DNA of 64,000 nucleotides from an archaeon (lineage in GTDB: Archaea > Nanobdellota > Nanobdellia > Pacearchaeales > GW2011-AR1): contig DAHWKL010000001.1 in NCBI GenBank assembly GCA_027343665.1, positions 46,770 through 110,769 on the forward strand. Direction: 5' to 3'. Below, piece after piece: positions 9,413-18,302 of this stretch (positions within the stretch are counted from its first letter, which is position 1; each line of letters begins with the position of its first letter). The notes below the pieces were generated by a model. It was not told where the DNA came from. It saw only the letters and a program-made list of their open reading frames with translations, and ran no database searches. The translations under genes and the position numbers were made by a program.

Positions 9413-9895
9413 TTAATTTATCCTTTTGTTTATCGCTTCAAGATAGATTTTATCTTCGCATCTAAGATATTTGAAAAAGAAATCCATGACGAGTTGGCAT
9501 TCACGTTTTATTCTTTCTTTATTTGTGTATCTATCTTTACTGAAATCTGGTTTTATGTTATGATTATATTTACCTGAAAGAATTCGAACGTTTTTTGGAG
9601 GATTTGCTTTCCTCCCTTGGGAATATTTATAAAAATAGATTGAAATCAAGACAGGATGCTTATTTAATAAGACAATTTCATAATAAGGTTTTTTGGCAGA
9701 TTTCCCCCAGACTTCTATATCAAAGTCCGAAAATTTTCTCGCTGGTTTGTACGCTGTTGAACCTCTAACAAGAATTAAAGAACTTTTTTTCGAGAATCTT
9801 TCTAAGCTATAATTGAAGACTTCTTGGTTGTTTTTGAAAGAGAGCATTTTATCTATGGGACTTACCAACTTTATATTCCTTTTTAGAATTTTCAT
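9413..9895 (-). CDS. Nucleotidyltransferase-fold protein (KNTase-like)
   Basis: It has VRGSTAYKPARKFSDFDIEVW (G-S...DxD NTase signature) and a helical C-terminus. An alternative start at 9847 would remove the 47-nt overlap with the upstream gene. Confidence 0.6.
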   Translation of the reverse strand: MKILKRNIKLVSPIDKMLSFKNNQEVFNYSLERFSKKSSLILVRGSTAYKPARKFSDFDIEVWGKSAKKPYYEIVLLNKHPVLISIYFYKYSQGRKANPPKNVRILSGKYNHNIKPDFSKDRYTNKERIKRECQLVMDFFFKYLRCEDKIYLEAINKRIN

Positions 9896-10820
9896 TGATA
9901 ATTCTATTAATTATCTTCTTATGTTTCACGATTATCCAGCTCAATCTCTTTTTCCTGAACCATATGGACCTCGACACGGCAAGAAGGTGAAGAATGAAGT
10001 AACCTCTTATCATAAGGATCTCTTTTTCAGAATAATCCTTCTTGTATCCTTGCAGAAAACTAGGGAAATTCCTGAAGTCATCGACGCCAAAAACTATCCA
10101 ATACTCTGTCTGGCCCAGGTCTGCCAAGCTATGTCCTTTCATCGCATTATCAAAATCAAATATACCTGTAACCTCCCCATGACGATCGATGTTGATGTTC
10201 GAGAGATGGTAATCCCAATGGAGAGGAACAAAATCTATTTTTTCACATTCAAGAATGTTCCAAAAATCCCAAAGCTCTTTCTCAAGAAAGGGGTAAATAT
10301 CTTCAAATTTTTTCCTGAAAAATTTAAGGTATTTTTCAATTCTCAGTTTTGTCCAAGATTTCCATTCTTTATCGTTTTTTATCTCATGGTTCTGGTGGAC
10401 CCAGAAATCCGGTACTCTGAGATTATGAATATTCCTTAAGGCTTTTCCTGAATTCAAAAGAATCTTCCTTTTCATTTTCTGACTTGCGTTTTTATAGACG
10501 GATGTCCCATTCTCTCCCGGGGCTAAATCCATTATTGTAATGAACTTTCTGTCGAAAACACCATCATAATAAACTTTTGGCGCGGGAATGCCCCTCTCGC
10601 TCAAATAATTCAAAATAAGGTTATTCTTTTTTATAGTAGACTTCCTTTTCAGCCGACCTAATTTTACAACAAGTGTCTTTGAAGGATTAGAAATGCGAAC
10701 CCTGAAAGTCGGGTTGACCAAGCCCTCTGAAAATCTCTCATGACATTTAACAGAAGATTTAGGGAAAACTTTACGTATTAGAGTTTGAACTTTATTTTGG
10801 TTGAATTTCAACTCAGGCAT
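9849..10820 (-). CDS. APH/choline-kinase-family phosphotransferase
   Basis: 323 aa with the HWDYHLSNINI (Brenner HxDxxxxN) and IFDFDNA (DFD) catalytic motifs. Confidence 0.8.
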   Translation of the reverse strand: MPELKFNQNKVQTLIRKVFPKSSVKCHERFSEGLVNPTFRVRISNPSKTLVVKLGRLKRKSTIKKNNLILNYLSERGIPAPKVYYDGVFDRKFITIMDLAPGENGTSVYKNASQKMKRKILLNSGKALRNIHNLRVPDFWVHQNHEIKNDKEWKSWTKLRIEKYLKFFRKKFEDIYPFLEKELWDFWNILECEKIDFVPLHWDYHLSNINIDRHGEVTGIFDFDNAMKGHSLADLGQTEYWIVFGVDDFRNFPSFLQGYKKDYSEKEILMIRGYFILHLLAVSRSIWFRKKRLSWIIVKHKKIINRIINENSKKEYKVGKSHR

Positions 10821-10926
10821 GGTATTTAGAATAGGAGATTGTTTTTAAGAATTATAGTTGAAGTTTTTAAGAGCAATATTTCAAAATGAAAAAGTTTATA
10901 AATTATAACTTTTACAAAGTGATAAC

Positions 10927-11625
10927 ATGGCAAGACTCTATATGGTTGGAACAAATCACAGAGACTTGAAAGGGCCAAAGAGACTTGAAAAGTTCTTAAA
11001 TTTTGTAAGACCAGACCTTATTGGGATAGAGTCTACGGAGGAAGATTACATTAGTCGTATTGAGAATCATGAAAAATTGAAATCTTCTGAGGCTCTTATG
11101 AAGCTGAAGCTCTCACAAGAGTATGGGTGGAAAAAGACTGAATTTATTCTGAAATATCTAAATTCACAGAATTATGAATCATGGGTTTCATATGAGTTTT
11201 CAAAAAGAAATATCGGAACGAAAGTAATTCCTTGTGATAAATTCAAAAAAGAAAAAGTTACGGCTATAATTAATCAAATATACGAAGTCGGAAATGCTTC
11301 CGCTGACTTTTTAAACAGAAACCTTTCAATAGAAGAGTTATCTAAATTGGATTTTGAAGAATACCAATCCCATATGGATTTGGTTTATCACCTTAGCTCA
11401 ATTGAAGAATTCAAAAAAGATCCAGAAATGTTTAGAAATCTATTCTTGTTAAGGGATTCTTGGACAGAGTTAAAGATAAAAAAAGCCTTCTCAGAAACAG
11501 AACATACAATGGTTTATGTAGGAGGGGCTATGCATATCTTTGGGGATTATTATAATCTAGGTGAAAGACTGAGCGATTTGTCTCCAGTGAGAATCAAACT
11601 TCCTGAGATGGATAAGTTTAATTAA
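10927..11625 (+). CDS. TraB/PrgY/GumN-family protein
   Basis: 232 aa. It has an N-terminal MVGTNHRD...PDLIGIES and a C-terminal VYVGGAMHIFG, the two conserved His-containing blocks of this family. Confidence 0.5.
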   Translation: MARLYMVGTNHRDLKGPKRLEKFLNFVRPDLIGIESTEEDYISRIENHEKLKSSEALMKLKLSQEYGWKKTEFILKYLNSQNYESWVSYEFSKRNIGTKVIPCDKFKKEKVTAIINQIYEVGNASADFLNRNLSIEELSKLDFEEYQSHMDLVYHLSSIEEFKKDPEMFRNLFLLRDSWTELKIKKAFSETEHTMVYVGGAMHIFGDYYNLGERLSDLSPVRIKLPEMDKFN

Positions 11626-11632
11626 ATACTCT

Positions 11633-12790
11633 TTAATCTTTGTAGTACCCCAACACTTCCAGCCCTGGAAGTCTTTTTCCTGCGACGTAATCAAGAAGAG
11701 CGCCGCCTGAGAGGCTTATATATCCGAATTTCTTTTTCGGAATCTTGGATCGGTCAATGGCCTCATTAAGCTGTCCTCCGCCTAAAAGAGAGAAAGCTTT
11801 GCTTTTCGCGACTGCCGTGAGTAATGCTTTTGTCCCTTGTATGAACTGCGGATCGAGGTAATAACCTGCCGGTCCTTTCATGTAGATAGACTTGGCTTTC
11901 TTTATCTCGTCTAAATAAATCTTCTGTGTTTTTGGGCCTATATCAAAAATCTCATAATTCACGGGGAAATCTTCAAGTGCTACATCTTTTCTTTTGCCTT
12001 TTTCATCTTTAACTCCAAAGTCGACAGGAGTTTTCACGAGACTTCCAACTTCTCCGAGCCTTGACTTTAAGTCAGTTAGGGATTTATCATAATCTGAAAT
12101 CGTTTTTTTCAGATATTCATCCTGAGCTCCGAGTTTTTTCCCCGTTGCCGAAATGCACATCTGACCAAAGAGTCCGCAAGCAAGGACTTTATTTTTTTTC
12201 AACAGATTTATGTCATCGGCAGGTTTTGCGCCTGCTAGGATGTAAAGGCAGTTCTTCAGGCTTATTTTCTGAAGAGCTTTGACTTCTTTCTCCAAGAGCG
12301 GTCCTGCATAACTTTTCATGTGCTTTGGGAAACCCACAATAGAAGCCTGTGACCTATGCGAGACAGAGAAAGCATCATTAACATAGACGTTGCACCAAGA
12401 GCTCAATTTTTTCACAAAATCTGTGTCTTCTTCCGAAAATTCATCCTTCAGATTTCTAACATTATCCAAAAGAATAGCCTCACCATCCTTCAAATTTTTT
12501 ATCGCAATCTCGGCCTTTTCTCCGATTATATCCGGAATAAAATTGACTTTCGTGAATTTGCTCAGAAGTTTAGCATGCTGCTCCATTGATGTAAAATCCT
12601 CTCCTCCGGGTCTTCCCTGATGAGCGATTATGACAACTTTTGCACTTTTTTTCTTGAGAAATTTTACTGATTCAGAACTTTGCTTTATTCTTTCAGACAT
12701 CAAAACTTTGCCCTTATTTACATCAGAATTAAGATCCTCTCTTAAAAGGACTATCTTTCCTTTTATGTTAGCTTTTGTTATGAAATCCAT
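11633..12790 (-). CDS. pgk: Phosphoglycerate kinase (archaeal-like N-terminal LREDLNS motif)
   Basis: It has IAHQGRPGG and a GGG/GGALLD C-terminal hinge. I set the start at MDFITKANIKGK (12790), 4 nt after the gap stop. The track start 12862 would overlap gap by 68 nt. Confidence 0.9.
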   Translation of the reverse strand: MDFITKANIKGKIVLLREDLNSDVNKGKVLMSERIKQSSESVKFLKKKSAKVVIIAHQGRPGGEDFTSMEQHAKLLSKFTKVNFIPDIIGEKAEIAIKNLKDGEAILLDNVRNLKDEFSEEDTDFVKKLSSWCNVYVNDAFSVSHRSQASIVGFPKHMKSYAGPLLEKEVKALQKISLKNCLYILAGAKPADDINLLKKNKVLACGLFGQMCISATGKKLGAQDEYLKKTISDYDKSLTDLKSRLGEVGSLVKTPVDFGVKDEKGKRKDVALEDFPVNYEIFDIGPKTQKIYLDEIKKAKSIYMKGPAGYYLDPQFIQGTKALLTAVAKSKAFSLLGGGQLNEAIDRSKIPKKKFGYISLSGGALLDYVAGKRLPGLEVLGYYKD

Positions 12791-12794
12791 ATTC

Positions 12795-13787
12795 TCACAA
12801 GAAGTGCCCGAGCTTCTTAACAAATTCAGCGAGCCTGTGAGAGTAACCGTACTCATTGTCATACCATGAGAGAACTTTTACAGTGTCTCCTATGAGCATT
12901 GTCGATAGACCGTCTACAATCGAAGAATGAGTGTCACCGATGATATCAGAAGAAACTATCTCATCTTCAGTATAATCAAGAATGCCTTTCATCTTACCGG
13001 CAGCAGCTTTTTTGAAAGCTTCATTAACAGCATTTTTATCTTTTGGCGGCCTTTCGAGGTCAGCAACAAAATCAACTATGCTTCCTGATGGAACTGGCAC
13101 CCTCATTGCAAGGCCATCCATCTTTCCGGCAAGCTTTGGAATCACTTCTATCACAGCTTTTGTTGCTCCTGAAGTTGTGGGCACAATATTAAGCGCCCCT
13201 GCTCTTCCTCTTCTGAGCTTTTTATCCGGGCCATCAACGATTTTCTGTGAAGAAGTGTAAGCATGAACTGTAGTCATGAATCCTTTTTTTATCCCAAAAT
13301 TTTCCTCAAGAACTTTCGCCACAGGCGCAAGGCAATTCGTGGTGCAGCTTGCCATCGAAAGTATCTGCTGTTCCTTTTTTATTGCCTCATCATTAACTCC
13401 CAGGACTATAGTTGCATCAGGATTTTTCGCAGGAGCTGATATCACAACTTTTTTTGCACCGGCTTTTATATGTTTCATGGCTCCTTCTTTGTCTGTGAAA
13501 AATCCTGTAGACTCCACCACAATATCCACACCTAATTTTTTCCATGGAAGTTTTTCCGGATCTTTTTCTGAGATTATTTGTATTTTTTTCCCGCCTACTT
13601 TTATAAAATCTGTCCCAAATTCAACATTATCCTTTAGCTTTCCGTGAACAGAATCATACTTTACAAGATAAGCAAGAGTTTTTGGATCAGTCAAATCATT
13701 TATTGCAACAACATTCAAACCTAAATCCAAGGCATTTCTCAAAACCAATCTCCCTATCCTCCCGAGACCGTTAATAGCTACTTTCAT
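12795..13787 (-). CDS. gap: Glyceraldehyde-3-phosphate dehydrogenase, class I (bacterial/eukaryal type)
   Basis: It has MKVAINGLGRIGR, SCTTNCLAP (catalytic Cys) and WYDNEYGYS. An AGAGGT Shine-Dalgarno-like sequence lies 6 nt upstream of the ATG at 13787. Confidence 0.9.
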   Translation of the reverse strand: MKVAINGLGRIGRLVLRNALDLGLNVVAINDLTDPKTLAYLVKYDSVHGKLKDNVEFGTDFIKVGGKKIQIISEKDPEKLPWKKLGVDIVVESTGFFTDKEGAMKHIKAGAKKVVISAPAKNPDATIVLGVNDEAIKKEQQILSMASCTTNCLAPVAKVLEENFGIKKGFMTTVHAYTSSQKIVDGPDKKLRRGRAGALNIVPTTSGATKAVIEVIPKLAGKMDGLAMRVPVPSGSIVDFVADLERPPKDKNAVNEAFKKAAAGKMKGILDYTEDEIVSSDIIGDTHSSIVDGLSTMLIGDTVKVLSWYDNEYGYSHRLAEFVKKLGHFL

Positions 13788-13907
13788 TTTAACCTCTTTT
13801 ACGGCTATATGAAACAATTGCCTTTTAAAAATCTTATGAAATATAAATTTTGGAAAGCAAGATAAGAAATCGCCAAAATTTAAAAACAGCCCCGGGGTTC
13901 TTAGAAC

Positions 13908-14702
13908 ATGGAAAGTTATCTTTTAATAGAAAAAATGTTCAGACTTATGAATGAGGGAAGCAATGAGGCAGTTGAATTCCTAAAAGATATAGCGAAAGGC
14001 CACCCTTGCCCCATTGTGAGGCATGAAGCGATATTCGCGCTTGGTGAGATGGCGGTGAAAGAAGATGTGGAATTCCTTAAAAAAATTGTTGAGGAAGATT
14101 CTGATTATATTGTCAAGCATGAGGCACTTGTTGCAATAGGAACTCTCGGGAAAAATGAAGATATTCCTTTTCTTGAGAAGTATGTCAAAAATGAAATTCC
14201 TGAAATCTCAAACTCAGCTCTCGTCGGAATCCAAAGGATAAAAGATGATGAAGACTACCCAAGAACAGTTTCCCTTAATCCAGAGAAGTATGTGCTGGAA
14301 TTGAAAAATTTTTCTCCGGGCAACCAAAACAGAAGGATACAGATATTATTTCAGCTTATGCTTATAGGAGATAGCAAATCAGTGGAAGCGATTGCTTATT
14401 CTCTTGAGAATGATCCTTCATCAATTGTCAGACATGAAGCAGGGTTTGTCATGGGGGAGATAGGAGATGATTATGCTGTTAAAAAAACGAGCTATTTGGT
14501 TCAAAAGGAAAGAGCACCCATTGTTTTGCATGAAACGTTATTTGCTTTAGGGACGAGCGGAAAACCTGAAGCTCTGAAAACGATAGAAGAATATCTTAAT
14601 CACGGAGATTATCTTGTCAGTGAATCGGCAAAGATAGCTAAAGACAGGTTATTAAATTTAAAAAATCCTTATTCAGGTGCAAGACATTTCAAGAGAGTTT
14701 AA
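13908..14702 (+). CDS. HEAT-repeat protein with four His-Glu motifs (deoxyhypusine hydroxylase-like)
   Basis: 264 aa. The motifs are VRHEAIFALGE (H39/E40), VKHEALVAIGTLG (H71/E72), VRHEAGFVMGEIG (H176/E177) and VLHETLFALGTSG (H208/E209). They form two pairs spaced 32 aa, separated by a linker. Confidence 0.6.
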   Translation: MESYLLIEKMFRLMNEGSNEAVEFLKDIAKGHPCPIVRHEAIFALGEMAVKEDVEFLKKIVEEDSDYIVKHEALVAIGTLGKNEDIPFLEKYVKNEIPEISNSALVGIQRIKDDEDYPRTVSLNPEKYVLELKNFSPGNQNRRIQILFQLMLIGDSKSVEAIAYSLENDPSSIVRHEAGFVMGEIGDDYAVKKTSYLVQKERAPIVLHETLFALGTSGKPEALKTIEEYLNHGDYLVSESAKIAKDRLLNLKNPYSGARHFKRV

Positions 14703-15007
14703 TCCTTCATCTCGATCTTGATATTAACAGATTTAGGAACTCTCATCCTCATAATGCTGTGGAGAACCTTCTCGTTTGCAGGAATATCTATAAGCCTTTT
14801 GTGAATCCTCATTTCGTATCTGTCGAATGTCGCAGTCCCGTTACCACAAGGTGATTTTCGCGTCGTAACTTTGAGCTTTTTTGTGGGAAGAGGCACGGGT
14901 CCTGATATAGTGATGCCTGAAGTCTTGGACATATCTTTTATAGAATTGCAGATTTCATTAAGCATATTTATATCTGTTGAGTTCAACTTTATTCTTACTT
15001 TTGCCAT
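14699..15007 (-). CDS. rps10: 30S ribosomal protein S10 (uS10)
   Basis: 102 aa: MAKVRIKL...GPVPLPTKKLKVTTRKSPCGNGTATFDRYEMRIHKRLIDI. Confidence 0.95.
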   Translation of the reverse strand: MAKVRIKLNSTDINMLNEICNSIKDMSKTSGITISGPVPLPTKKLKVTTRKSPCGNGTATFDRYEMRIHKRLIDIPANEKVLHSIMRMRVPKSVNIKIEMKD

Positions 15008-15112
15008 AATGGATTTATCATAAAATGGTTTAAAAACCTTTCTTTAAATGATCAAAACAGGTGCTCCTTATACACATAAATCTTTAAAAATGGGGATTGC
15101 GGCCAAGGTAAA

Positions 15113-15406
15113 ATGCATTGGTATTTTCCCGAACCTGATGACCCGGTTTGGTATACGGATTACATGAGAGGACTCGGAGACAGAAAACTCCCTGCTCCTG
15201 CAAAGAAGTTGTTGGAATATCTTGACAAAGGAGAGTGGAGGAATAGCATCAAAAGAGCCGGTGCAGGAAAGAAGTCAATAGAAGCCTGTTTAGAGATAGG
15301 TCTTGTCAAAAAAAAGAATTTTCAAATCTCGGAAAAGAATAAAATCACAAGATACAGGATAACCAGAGAAGGTGAGAAAGCACTCGAGACGGGAGAACTG
15401 CCCTAA
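15113..15406 (+). CDS. Small hypothetical protein, possible winged-helix
   Basis: 97 aa. The C-terminal ...KITRYRITREGEKAL resembles a wHTH wing. There is no firm family call. Confidence 0.45.
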   Translation: MHWYFPEPDDPVWYTDYMRGLGDRKLPAPAKKLLEYLDKGEWRNSIKRAGAGKKSIEACLEIGLVKKKNFQISEKNKITRYRITREGEKALETGELP

Positions 15407-15459
15407 TAACCAATAACCTTTTTATATATCTCCGACATGATTATTGAAAAGGGGAGAAA

Positions 15460-17163
15460 ATGGACACGACTTTTTTAGGCCTTGCAGTCATTCTTTTTGC
15501 AGCTTTTATAGTATCCTACATCGTAAAAACTCTCAATCAACCCCTGATTATAGGTTATATAATCTCAGGAATTATCATAAGTCCTTTTCTTGTAAACATC
15601 GGTGCATCGACTTCAACTATAGGCATATTCAGCGAGTTAGGGATATCTTTCCTTCTTTTCATTGTAGGTTTGAGACTTAATCCAAAAGTTATAAAAGAGA
15701 TAGGCGGAGCATCATTGCTGATAGGATTGGGACAGATGATTATCACTTTTGGGGCTACTTATGCGGTGTCTAATTCCCTTCTTCACGCAGATGTTATCAC
15801 TTCAATCTATTATGGAATAGCAGTTGCGTTCTCCTCGACAATAATCGCGATGAAACTCCTGTCAGATAAAAAAGAGATAGATTCACTTGCATCAAAGATT
15901 TCTATAGGTATACTTATACTTCAAGACTTAGCTGCCGCAGTTGTTCTTATATTCATATCATCCATGTCTGGTATAGGAGACGGCGGGACATGGGAATCTG
16001 TTGTGGGAGGTGGGCTGCTCATATTCCTTCTTCTTGGTGGTGGGTATTTTGCCCTTCCCGGCATAATGAAAAGAATCGCAAAATCCCAAGAACTCCTCTT
16101 CCTTTTTTCAATAGGATGGTGTTTTGTCCTGGCTGCATTGTTTTCCTATATAGGGTTTTCGATGGAAATAGGTTCCCTTCTTGCAGGGATTATACTTTCT
16201 ACAAGCCCTTATGCGACAGAAATTTCCTCAAAAATTAGACCATTGCGTGATTTTTTTCTTATAATATTCTTTATAATTTTGGGCTTGAGTCTCCATGTTT
16301 CGGAAATACAGACAATATTGTTCCCTGCAATAATACTTTCCGGTCTCTCTTTAATTTTCAAGCCATTCATTCTGATGCTTTTTGGCAGATTCTTTAATTA
16401 CACAAAGAGGACAAACTTCCTCGTCGGTTCCACTCTCTCACAAATATCAGAGTTCTCGCTGATTGTAGGATCATTGGGTTTGTCAATAGGGCAAATAACA
16501 GGGACAACTTTTGACACAATAATACTCACACTCCTGATAACAATCTTCCTGTCAAGTTATCTGATAACTTACTCGGGGGACATATACAATAAGTTCTCGT
16601 GGCTTTTTTCAGTGTTTGAAAGTAAAAAGATAAAAAAGTCTGCGCATCTGAAGAGAGAATATAATACAATCCTTTTCGGTTACAACAGAATAGGTTTCAG
16701 CATATTAAATGCTCTGAAAAGAATGAAAAGGAAATATATTGTTGTTGATTTCAACCCCGATACCATCGCGAAACTCAACAAATTTGGAATCCCTGCACTT
16801 TATGGTGATGTTTATGACAAAGATTTTTTAGATGACCTGAAACTTGATGGTTTAAGTCTTGTGATATCCACAATACCGGAAGTTGAGACCAATGAACTTT
16901 TAATTGAGACCGTAAGAGAGGTAAATAAAGATGCCATAATAATTCTAAGGGCACATACGGTTGAGGACGCGATGAAACTTTATGATCGTGGAGCGAACTA
17001 TGTCTTGACCCCTCATTTTCTGGGAGGAGAGTTCGTCGCGAGAATGATAAAACAGGAAAAGGTCGGCGATCATGATTATGGCGAAGAAAGGAAAAAGCAT
17101 ATAAAAATGCTTAAAGAGATTGTCGAACAGATTGGAGATCATCCAATGATTGAGAAGAATTAA
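15460..17163 (+). CDS. CPA2-family monovalent cation:proton antiporter (Kef-type) with C-terminal RCK/TrkA-N domain
   Basis: 567 aa. About 12 hydrophobic helices are followed by ILFGYNRIGFSILNAL...VVDFN, a Rossmann-type RCK domain. Confidence 0.85.
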   Translation: MDTTFLGLAVILFAAFIVSYIVKTLNQPLIIGYIISGIIISPFLVNIGASTSTIGIFSELGISFLLFIVGLRLNPKVIKEIGGASLLIGLGQMIITFGATYAVSNSLLHADVITSIYYGIAVAFSSTIIAMKLLSDKKEIDSLASKISIGILILQDLAAAVVLIFISSMSGIGDGGTWESVVGGGLLIFLLLGGGYFALPGIMKRIAKSQELLFLFSIGWCFVLAALFSYIGFSMEIGSLLAGIILSTSPYATEISSKIRPLRDFFLIIFFIILGLSLHVSEIQTILFPAIILSGLSLIFKPFILMLFGRFFNYTKRTNFLVGSTLSQISEFSLIVGSLGLSIGQITGTTFDTIILTLLITIFLSSYLITYSGDIYNKFSWLFSVFESKKIKKSAHLKREYNTILFGYNRIGFSILNALKRMKRKYIVVDFNPDTIAKLNKFGIPALYGDVYDKDFLDDLKLDGLSLVISTIPEVETNELLIETVREVNKDAIIILRAHTVEDAMKLYDRGANYVLTPHFLGGEFVARMIKQEKVGDHDYGEERKKHIKMLKEIVEQIGDHPMIEKN

Positions 17164-17212
17164 TATCTTGAAGGAAATATATTTTTATAAACCACCAAAC
17201 TTAAGCTTTTCT

Positions 17213-17536
17213 ATGGACCTTGAATATGAACCATACTATATCAGTATAAAACTCGGAGAGAGATACAAATCTGAAAAAGAAAATAGAAATAAGTTTGGGG
17301 ACACTCTTGGGGAACTCTATTCAATTTTAACAGAAAACTCAGCTGATTTGCCCTTCGGGAAATTCGAGAAGATGACTTCCGGGATAAATAAAGTCGGGCC
17401 TGACTGGGCAGTGTTAAAATTCCATCCCGAAATCGACTTCGAGAACCCCCTTCCTAAAGCTATGGCCCATCTTAGAAGTCTTGGACTTGAAGCAGAAGTG
17501 ATGGATTCTAATAGAGTTATAAAACTTGAGGAATAA
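17213..17536 (+). CDS. Hypothetical protein
   Basis: I chose the start at MDLEYEPYY (17213) because it lies 28 nt downstream of the TATA-like ATTTTTATAA at 17181-17190. The track start 17150 overlaps the antiporter gene. Confidence 0.45.
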   Translation: MDLEYEPYYISIKLGERYKSEKENRNKFGDTLGELYSILTENSADLPFGKFEKMTSGINKVGPDWAVLKFHPEIDFENPLPKAMAHLRSLGLEAEVMDSNRVIKLEE

Positions 17537-17564
17537 ATTATCTCGCGAGAATATTTTCAATCTT

Positions 17565-18218
17565 TTAATTTTTCCCTATATCTTTCTCATCATAAACTTC
17601 AAAAGTGATGAAAATTATATCAACAAGCCTTAATATGAACTCGAGAATTACTATAAAAACAAGATAAACCCATATCTGCGAAAAGAAGTTCGGTATTTCC
17701 TGTATCTGTCCGAAAACTTTTGGAAAATCAAAGAGCCCTTGCGTTATTGCAAGTGCAAGCAAGTTGAAAGGGATAAGTTTTGCAAGATCCTGTGACAAAG
17801 GCTGTTTATAATAAGCAGTCATCCTTATTGCTGCAACTACAACGACAGAAATTATCAATAGCGTCGAGAGATCCAATGATTTTGTCATGAGGACAAGGAA
17901 GATAGTGAAAACCCCAAACCATAAAAACACCACAAAAGGCAAAATAACAAGATACTCGAAAAAGTAAATTATCCCACCAACTATTTTTTCAACCACAGCA
18001 TGATCTGATTTATTGAATCTTGACAGATTGAGCTCAAGGATATCTTTTTTGGATATCCATTTGCAGAATTTCCATATGAATATAGAATAAAGCATAATAA
18101 GAAGAGCCCAAAAGAATAGTCCCAAAAAGTCCTGGATCCATACAGGAAGGCCACTAAAAAAACTGCTGTAAGTCCCTATTATTGCAGGGGCAAGATTCAC
18201 AACAGTGTTATTCATCAA
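17565..18218 (-). CDS. Integral membrane protein, unknown function
   Basis: 217 aa with about 6 predicted hydrophobic helices. Confidence 0.55.
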   Translation of the reverse strand: MMNNTVVNLAPAIIGTYSSFFSGLPVWIQDFLGLFFWALLIMLYSIFIWKFCKWISKKDILELNLSRFNKSDHAVVEKIVGGIIYFFEYLVILPFVVFLWFGVFTIFLVLMTKSLDLSTLLIISVVVVAAIRMTAYYKQPLSQDLAKLIPFNLLALAITQGLFDFPKVFGQIQEIPNFFSQIWVYLVFIVILEFILRLVDIIFITFEVYDEKDIGKN

Positions 18219-18302
18219 ATACTCACGTGAAAAGAACTTTTAAATTTTCCTTATTGATGCTGTTCCAATTAAATTTAAATACAACCTGTATCTCTTGACT
18301 TC

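Noticed and set aside
9813-10439. 208-aa plus-strand ORF
   Set aside because: It is fully antisense to the APH-family kinase gene, which has clear catalytic motifs. It has no recognisable motif and is a typical AT-rich shadow frame.
12791-12862. Longer N-terminal extensions proposed by the ORF track for pgk (12862), gap (13817), pgi (5202), sufB (60826) and others
   Set aside because: The extensions overlap the upstream gene or a regulatory repeat and add non-conserved residues. Internal ATGs give the canonical N-termini (MKVAINGLGRIGR for gap, MDFITKANIKGK for pgk), with ATGA overlaps or SD/TATA elements at the expected distance.
13908-14702. Generic PBS-lyase/HEAT-repeat scaffold annotation
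   Set aside because: This is not fully rejected. It is deprioritised because all four repeats carry the His-Glu dyad at DOHH-like spacing, which generic HEAT_PBS repeats (usually VR-x-x-A) lack. Confirmation still requires profile and structure comparison.
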